60,075 nt of DNA. Source: a virus. Its lineage: Duplodnaviria > Caudoviricetes. The stretch lies in the IMG/VR virus record IMGVR_UViG_3300046747_000237, positions 1-60,075 of that record; one strand, written 5' to 3'. The notes beneath the pieces were generated by a model. That model was not told where the DNA came from. It searched no databases and saw only the letters and a list, made by a program, of their open reading frames with translations. Of this stretch, positions 54,548 to 60,075 are shown in pieces; the stretch's first letter is position 1, and every line of letters starts with the position of its first letter. Position numbers and translations under genes: made by a program.

Positions 54548-57500
54548 CTAGACCTGCGGCACCCCGTACCGCTCGTACGCATAGCGTCGCACCAGCTGCT
54601 TCGCGTCGTAGCCCATCTCCCTGTCGTAGATGATCAGGTCCAGGAACACGAACTGCGACCCGTCGGCGACACCCAGCTGCAGCGTCGCCTGTGCGTCGTT
54701 GGTGCTGGGCGTGAAGTAGAGCTTGATCGAGCTCCGCACGTCGCTGTTGACGTCGAGCGTGCAGTCGACCTGCTGGGCCTCGACGCCACCCGTGAAGTGC
54801 ACGATGACCACGTCGCCATTGGCGTGCGCGGCGCTCGCAGGGCCGTCCGCCTGGGGCTGCGTCTCCGCGATCACGAAGTGCACGTTCCCGGTGCCAGGGT
54901 TGACGTAGGTGTAGAGCCCATCGTTGCCCGTGGTGGTGGTCTGGATCAGCCCGTTGTAGTTGTCGTTCACAACGAGCTTGGCGATCAGGAAGATCTCGCA
55001 GGGGTCACCCTGGTGGATGAAGTTCCAGTCAGCCCGCGGCAGGTTGCTCACGTACTTCTGGCCGCCCGTGAAGGTCACTCCGAGCGCGTTGTTCGCGGTT
55101 GGGATGGCAACAGGCACTGCAACGCGCTCGCCGACGATGGCTGAGAGTGTGTGGCCGCCGACCACGAGATCTTGGAACGCGGTGACGAGCCCGCCGGCCT
55201 GGGTGTACGTGTCCGCGCGGATCCAGCACGCGGGCAGACGGTTCTCGAGCGCCCAGTAGACGTAGCCGTCGAGCGACCACACGGCGTAGCGGTCGCGGAT
55301 GTACGCGAGCACCGCGGTGTCTTCCTCTGGTCGCAGCACGCGGTCGAAGATGATCGCCTCAGCCAGGCGCATCGTGCTGCCGAGCTCGCACAGCGCGAGC
55401 GTCTGCGGAGCCGTCACGGTCGATGGCGTGGGGAAGTCCCCCGACGTCTCGCCCTGGCCAGGGCCGTACCGCAGCTCGGCTTGGAACGACTGCAGCGCGT
55501 CTGCACGCCAGCGCACGAGCACGCCAGCGCCGTCGGGGTTGCCGTCTGGCTGGCTGAGGATGAGGTTCGCGGCTGAGGCGTTCACGACGCCTACGGACAG
55601 TCCAGCGCCCGGGTTGGTGTACGCGAAGAAGCCGTTTGAGCCGGTCGATGTGCTGGAGAGGACGGTGTTGTAGCCAGCTGTCGCCAGCGACGTCATCACC
55701 AGGTAGACGGTGCGCGCGCCCTCCTGGTGCAGGAAGTCCCAGTCGTCCGGCGCGAGCGTGCTCGTGTAGTACGAGCCGCCGTTGAACGCTGCGACCTCGG
55801 CTCCGTTGAGCGAGGTGGTGACGTCAGACACGAGGATGCGGGCCGAGTCGTCTGCCTGGGCGAACGAGTGGCCAGGGCGCACTAGGTCGGTGAAGCTCGA
55901 GATCCGGCTGCCGACGGTCACGTACGCATCTGCGCGGATGCGCGAGAACGGCCCGAGCCCGTTGACGACCGTGCTCAGGTCGCTCGCAGGCATCGACGCG
56001 ACGGTGGGCCGCCGCGAGCTCGTGAGCAGCATGGGCACCTCGCCGAGCGCCAGCGTCATGTTCGCGCCGGCGTAGATGGCGGCCTCGCGCGCGTTGCCCT
56101 CGAAGTCGACGATCGTGGCGCCAACACCGACGCGCACGGTGATCGGGGGCTCCGGGTAGTCGTTGTCGCTCCAGTAGACCGAGACCCACTGCGAGTGGTC
56201 GGCGTTGCGGAATAGATAGAAGCGCGCGCGCTGCGTCAGCCCGGGGAGCACGCCGTCCGGCACGTAGCCGCGCAGGCTGGCGACGACCTGATTGACGACG
56301 CCGTACGCAGGGCGCGGCTGCAGGCTGAAGTACAGCAGCCCCAGGCTCGCTTCGTCGTCGGTGGGCCCGTCGAAGGTGTCGCGCATGAGGTAGATGATGA
56401 AACCTCGCGCAAGCTCGTCGTGGCGCACGTACGCCATCTTCTTGGCCAGCGTGAGCGCCTGCGTTCGTTGCTGGCTGAACGCGGCGGTGCGGCCGACCTC
56501 GGACAGGTACCAGGGCATCGTCTCGTCCACGCCCGCTGCTACGCGGTTGGCCTTGACGATCTCGTAGTCCTTCTCGAGCGAGCCGAAGTCGCCGTAGTTG
56601 TGCCAGCTGTGGATCGAGAACGCGGCGTTCGCCTCAGCGAGCACGCGCGCATGGATCGTCGGGTTCAGGTCGGTCAGCCCTGCGCCGTAGATCGTCTCGC
56701 TCGCGAACGCGCAGCCCAGGATGCTCGGCGCCGTGAGCGTGCCCCGTAGCGTGGCCGCGGTGAGGTTGATGAACGCAATGAAGTCGTCGATGCCGCTTGG
56801 CTGCGCCCAGTAGATCGAGAGGTTCGGCTCGTTCCAATCCTCCCAGCGCCAGACCTTGTCGCCGTATCGAGCGGCGTAGGCCGAGACGTAGTCGACCCAG
56901 TAGGCGTCGATTGGCCGCTCGCGGCTCAGATGCAGGTCGCTCCCGTCTGCAGCGTACCGAGCGAGCGAGGCAGGCGTAGCGGCGAACGCGGCGCTGTAGC
57001 TGGTGAGCGAGACGACGCGCAGTCCGGCACCGGTCAGCAGCTCGTACGCGGCGTCGGGGCGTGACCAGTCGAGCGTGCCGTCGGGACCCTCGGTGGAGTC
57101 CCAGTTGTGGCTGTGCCGCGCGACCATGAGGCCCGCCTGGCGCATCGCCTCGATCTGCGCGTCGTTGGACGCGTCGTCGCCGAGGTCGAAGTCAGGGCCA
57201 GCGTCTCCCGCGAGCGAGATGGTTGCGCCCCAGTCGAAGTTGGCGTCGTATTCAGCCCCGGCGAACGCAGGCACGAACACGAAGTTGTCGGTGCCGCTCA
57301 CCGATCCGCCCGACCAGCTCGCCGAGTACGTGACCAGCCTGTGCCCGTAGACAGGCTCGCCGTCGGTGCGCAGCTGCAGGCTGATGCTGCCCACCGAGAG
57401 CGCGGGCACAGAGAGCGACGTGTCGAGCGGGTGGTAGCGGTTGTCGACGGTCTTGTACGAGCCGGTGACCACGACCGTCTTGGCGACCGCGTAGCCGTTG

Positions 57501-57772
57501 AACACGCCGAGGTAGCTCGAGCCCTCGTGGGCTGGGTCGATGGCGCGCACGGGGTTGTCGCAAACGACGGCCAGCGTGATCGCGTCGGTCTGCGTGAGCG
57601 GGGCGACGGTGGGCGGCTCCGAGGCGAGCAGCGTGCCGCGCTGGAGCTCGCGGACGATGGCCTCCGTGCTGGTGGTGAGCTTCCCGTCGGCGGGGATCTG
57701 AATGCCGTCGTCGTCCAGCACGACAGCGCCGGTGAGAGGCGTAACGAAGATCGGTTGCGGGGTGCGTGCCAC
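54548..57772 (-). CDS. Virion-associated clan GH-A glycoside hydrolase (GH39/GH5-like) with two LamG-like domains
   Basis: WEDWNEPN (acid/base), SWHNY, WYLSEVG (nucleophile), GLL...QPRPAY; two C-terminal lectin-like repeats. Confidence 0.75.
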   Translation of the reverse strand: MARTPQPIFVTPLTGAVVLDDDGIQIPADGKLTTSTEAIVRELQRGTLLASEPPTVAPLTQTDAITLAVVCDNPVRAIDPAHEGSSYLGVFNGYAVAKTVVVTGSYKTVDNRYHPLDTSLSVPALSVGSISLQLRTDGEPVYGHRLVTYSASWSGGSVSGTDNFVFVPAFAGAEYDANFDWGATISLAGDAGPDFDLGDDASNDAQIEAMRQAGLMVARHSHNWDSTEGPDGTLDWSRPDAAYELLTGAGLRVVSLTSYSAAFAATPASLARYAADGSDLHLSRERPIDAYWVDYVSAYAARYGDKVWRWEDWNEPNLSIYWAQPSGIDDFIAFINLTAATLRGTLTAPSILGCAFASETIYGAGLTDLNPTIHARVLAEANAAFSIHSWHNYGDFGSLEKDYEIVKANRVAAGVDETMPWYLSEVGRTAAFSQQRTQALTLAKKMAYVRHDELARGFIIYLMRDTFDGPTDDEASLGLLYFSLQPRPAYGVVNQVVASLRGYVPDGVLPGLTQRARFYLFRNADHSQWVSVYWSDNDYPEPPITVRVGVGATIVDFEGNAREAAIYAGANMTLALGEVPMLLTSSRRPTVASMPASDLSTVVNGLGPFSRIRADAYVTVGSRISSFTDLVRPGHSFAQADDSARILVSDVTTSLNGAEVAAFNGGSYYTSTLAPDDWDFLHQEGARTVYLVMTSLATAGYNTVLSSTSTGSNGFFAYTNPGAGLSVGVVNASAANLILSQPDGNPDGAGVLVRWRADALQSFQAELRYGPGQGETSGDFPTPSTVTAPQTLALCELGSTMRLAEAIIFDRVLRPEEDTAVLAYIRDRYAVWSLDGYVYWALENRLPACWIRADTYTQAGGLVTAFQDLVVGGHTLSAIVGERVAVPVAIPTANNALGVTFTGGQKYVSNLPRADWNFIHQGDPCEIFLIAKLVVNDNYNGLIQTTTTGNDGLYTYVNPGTGNVHFVIAETQPQADGPASAAHANGDVVIVHFTGGVEAQQVDCTLDVNSDVRSSIKLYFTPSTNDAQATLQLGVADGSQFVFLDLIIYDREMGYDAKQLVRRYAYERYGVPQV

Positions 57773-57777
57773 GGTGC

Positions 57778-57807
57778 AGCCTCGCGCGCGTGCGGGAGCG
57801 GTGGCCT
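57778..57807 (-). promoter_or_regulatory. Putative late promoter, leaderless
   Basis: AGGCCA-N18-GAGGCT, 29 nt before GTG57772. Confidence 0.7.
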
Positions 57808-57813
57808 GTCAGG

Positions 57814-59715
57814 TCAGATGGTGATCGCGTAGTAGCTCGAGATGTACGAGTTCACGGTCGCGCGCTCCCCAGACGTCAGCACGCGGTTGCAGATGATGAG
57901 CTCGGCAACGCCCATCGCGCATGGGTTCTGCGAGCCGATGCGCAGCGTCAGCGCCGCGTTCCCGGTGTCTGGCGTCAGGCCGTAGTTGGCGGTGACGTCA
58001 GCCTGGCTGGAGACAGAGAGCGTCGAGTCAGGCGTCTGCGCCGAGCCCATCCGCAGGTTGACCGATCGCGGTGTGCCCGTGGTGTTGCTCGAGGCACTTG
58101 CGACAAGCACTGCCGCGGTGGACGCGTCGTCGACCTCCACGTTGATGACGCCGGTCGTATGATCGTTGTAGAGGGTGAGCCCAGCGCCGAGCGCGGTAGC
58201 CGCGACGTTGGTGGTCAGGTACTCGTTGAAGTTGCCGTCTGTCGTGACCTTGAGGACGAAGAAGAGCTCGCAGTCAGACCCATCGTGCAGGAACTTCCAC
58301 TGCGCCGTAGTGCGGCTGCTCGTGAGGTACACGCCCGACGTGAACGGGATGACCAGACGATTGTTCATCGTCGACTCAGTCGCCGCAGCACCAGGCCGAA
58401 GCCCCGCCGTCGCCTGATCAAACGTGTGGCCGCTCAGCACCAGGTCCTGCAGCTGGCTGACCTTGGAGCTGACCTCCGTCCGCGTGTCGGCGCGGACACG
58501 AGAGAACGCGAGCGCGCTGACCGCTGCGCTGAGGTCGCTGATGCCCGCAGCAGAACCCGTCAGCCCCGCCTGTGCGCCCGCTCCTGTGCCTGCGATGCGT
58601 TGCGCGCCCGAGGCCGCCCCGGTCAGCCCCGACTGCGCTCCGGCTGCCGTGCCGGCAATGCGCATCGCGCCGCTCGCCGCCCCGGTCAGGCCGCTCTGTG
58701 CTCCAGCGCCTGTGCCCGCGAGACGCAGCCCGCCAGCAGCCGCGCCCGTCAGGCCGGCCTGTGTGCCTGCTCCAGCGCCGCTGATCGCGCCAGCGCTCGA
58801 CGTGCCACCGGCGGCGCCTACGAGGCCCGCTTGGGCGCCTGCAGCGGTGCCAGCGATGCGGAGGCCGCCTGTCGCGGCCCCGGTCAAGCTTGGCCGCACG
58901 CCAGCGCCAGTGCCGCTGATGGACGAAATCGCGCCGGCGGTACCCGTAGCTGCCCCAACAAGCCAGGCGTCAGTCGAGTAGCGCAGCACGTTCGAGAAGG
59001 TGCCGACGAAGTTCGTGGGACCGCTCGACGTCGACAGCCTGCCGATGCCCATCGTGCCGAGCGGCCAGACGAAAGCGGAGCCGAGGTCGGTAGCCCCGTT
59101 GCCCTCGGTGGCGCCGGAGATCGTGATCCTGCCGATCGTCGTGTCGACCTCGACCGTGATCGCCTGGCCGAGCGAATACTCGAAGAACGCGAGGTTGCCG
59201 TTGCCCGCCGAGGCCCCGCTGTCCCAGGTGTAAATGCAGGTGTTGCCGTGGACGTTTGAGTAATAGAGGTCGAGCCCGTTCTGCGTTGCCCCGCCGATGT
59301 TGAACAGCTGGTACGTGACGCCGCTCGTGCGCGCGGACTGCGTGAACGTGAACTTCCACCGTCCGCTGCGCATGAACGACGGCGCCACCGTCGTGCTCGG
59401 CGGCTGCAGCGCGGTCAGGTCGAGGCCGAGCGAGTAGCCGTCGCCCGACATGAGCAGGCCGGCTGCCGTGCCCGCGAGACGCATCGCTCCCGCGCCGGCT
59501 CCCATGAGCCCCGACAAAGCACCCGCTGCCGACCCGCTGATCGGAGGCGGGTGGTACGGCACCGGGTAGCAGTCGAGCGACCCCTCGAGCAGCTCGTTCT
59601 CCACCTCGTCATCGACAGTCGTCTCGATGCCCGCAGCGGGCACGACAACGCCATCCAGGCGCACGGTGACGCCGGGCTTGGGGACGACGAGGATAGGAGC
59701 CGGGCTGCGCGCCAC
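57814..59715 (-). CDS. Fibre-like virion protein with G/A repeats and a LamG-like domain
   Basis: N-terminus homologous to that of the GH protein; ~21-aa repeats; C-terminal lectin-like module. Confidence 0.65.
   Translation of the reverse strand: MARSPAPILVVPKPGVTVRLDGVVVPAAGIETTVDDEVENELLEGSLDCYPVPYHPPPISGSAAGALSGLMGAGAGAMRLAGTAAGLLMSGDGYSLGLDLTALQPPSTTVAPSFMRSGRWKFTFTQSARTSGVTYQLFNIGGATQNGLDLYYSNVHGNTCIYTWDSGASAGNGNLAFFEYSLGQAITVEVDTTIGRITISGATEGNGATDLGSAFVWPLGTMGIGRLSTSSGPTNFVGTFSNVLRYSTDAWLVGAATGTAGAISSISGTGAGVRPSLTGAATGGLRIAGTAAGAQAGLVGAAGGTSSAGAISGAGAGTQAGLTGAAAGGLRLAGTGAGAQSGLTGAASGAMRIAGTAAGAQSGLTGAASGAQRIAGTGAGAQAGLTGSAAGISDLSAAVSALAFSRVRADTRTEVSSKVSQLQDLVLSGHTFDQATAGLRPGAAATESTMNNRLVIPFTSGVYLTSSRTTAQWKFLHDGSDCELFFVLKVTTDGNFNEYLTTNVAATALGAGLTLYNDHTTGVINVEVDDASTAAVLVASASSNTTGTPRSVNLRMGSAQTPDSTLSVSSQADVTANYGLTPDTGNAALTLRIGSQNPCAMGVAELIICNRVLTSGERATVNSYISSYYAITI
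58545..58965 (-). repeat. ~63-bp (21-aa) coding tandem repeats
   Basis: Units such as SGAMRIAGTAAGAQSGLTGAA, about 6 copies; ends approximate. Confidence 0.75.
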
Positions 59716-59717
59716 GG

Positions 59718-60075
59718 TCAGGTCCCGACAGGCGCCGTGATCGTGAAGCTGCTGACGGTGACCACGACCGTCGCCACGAAGCTCAGCGTCGAGAACTGGA
59801 ACTCACCACCGCCGCCCGTCGCCGTGCAGCTGAAGTCGCCCAGCACCGTGGTGCCGTTGGACTGCAGCACGCGCACGAAGCTCGCGGTGCCGGTGGCGTC
59901 CGCCGAGCTGTCCTGCGTGATCGCGTTGGCCGTGAGCACACCGCTGGAGCTCGCGGGGAACGCCGTCGCGTTGAGCGTGAGCTCCGCGAGCAGCGTGTTG
60001 CCGGCGAGCGCGGTGTCTGCGTCAGTGGGACGAGTACCGCTGTACACGCGGACAAAGCCCGAGTTGTAGGACGCG
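59718..60075 (-). CDS. Small virion structural protein (origin-spanning, ~134 aa)
   Basis: YSGTRP..AD....TLLAEL.L...F...GVLT...ATGTASF.R motif common in phage virion gene clusters. Confidence 0.75.
   Translation of the reverse strand, partial: ASYNSGFVRVYSGTRPTDADTALAGNTLLAELTLNATAFPASSSGVLTANAITQDSSADATGTASFVRVLQSNGTTVLGDFSCTATGGGGEFQFSTLSFVATVVVTVSSFTITAPVGT
59949..60075. repeat. 127-bp terminal direct repeat (copy 2)
   Basis: Identical to 1-127. Confidence 0.95.

Noticed and set aside
478-59715. Stop-codon reassignment or a tail-chaperone frameshift
   Set aside because: Core genes are intact under the standard code with all three stops used; no long-tail module was seen

Overview
The window is an apparently complete, circularly assembled genome (~59.95 kb) of a GC-rich temperate tailed phage. 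Bases 1-127 are identical to 59949-60075, and one gene runs across that join. The virion module looks podovirus-like: portal, scaffold, major capsid, adaptor, nozzle and three ejection-type proteins, with no recognisable tape measure or sheath. It is followed by receptor-binding/enzymatic proteins, terL and a lysis cassette with an M15 peptidase endolysin. A leftward early operon carries RecT, a RecE-like exonuclease, an SSB-like protein, xis/int and an H-NS homolog. After a cI/cro switch, a rightward operon carries methyltransferases, an initiator with iterons, DnaB, a RuvC-like protein, a GNAT and terS. A second, divergent block of virion genes (glycoside hydrolase, LamG-like domains) lies at the right end. 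The most notable observations read directly from the sequence are three. (1) A genome-wide putative late promoter, AGGCCA-N18-NANNNT, occurs 14 times, nine of them 29-32 nt before a start codon (leaderless geometry), and no phage RNA polymerase or sigma factor is recognisable. (2) A tRNA-Arg(CCT)-type attP with paired arm sites lies inside the 5' end of a NUMOD4-HNH nuclease gene, so integration should decapitate it. (3) A 782-aa ejection-type protein has 12x20-aa plus 12x22-aa repeats whose variants are arranged in mirror order. Product calls come from motifs and synteny recognised by eye; no database search was run and the host is not established.
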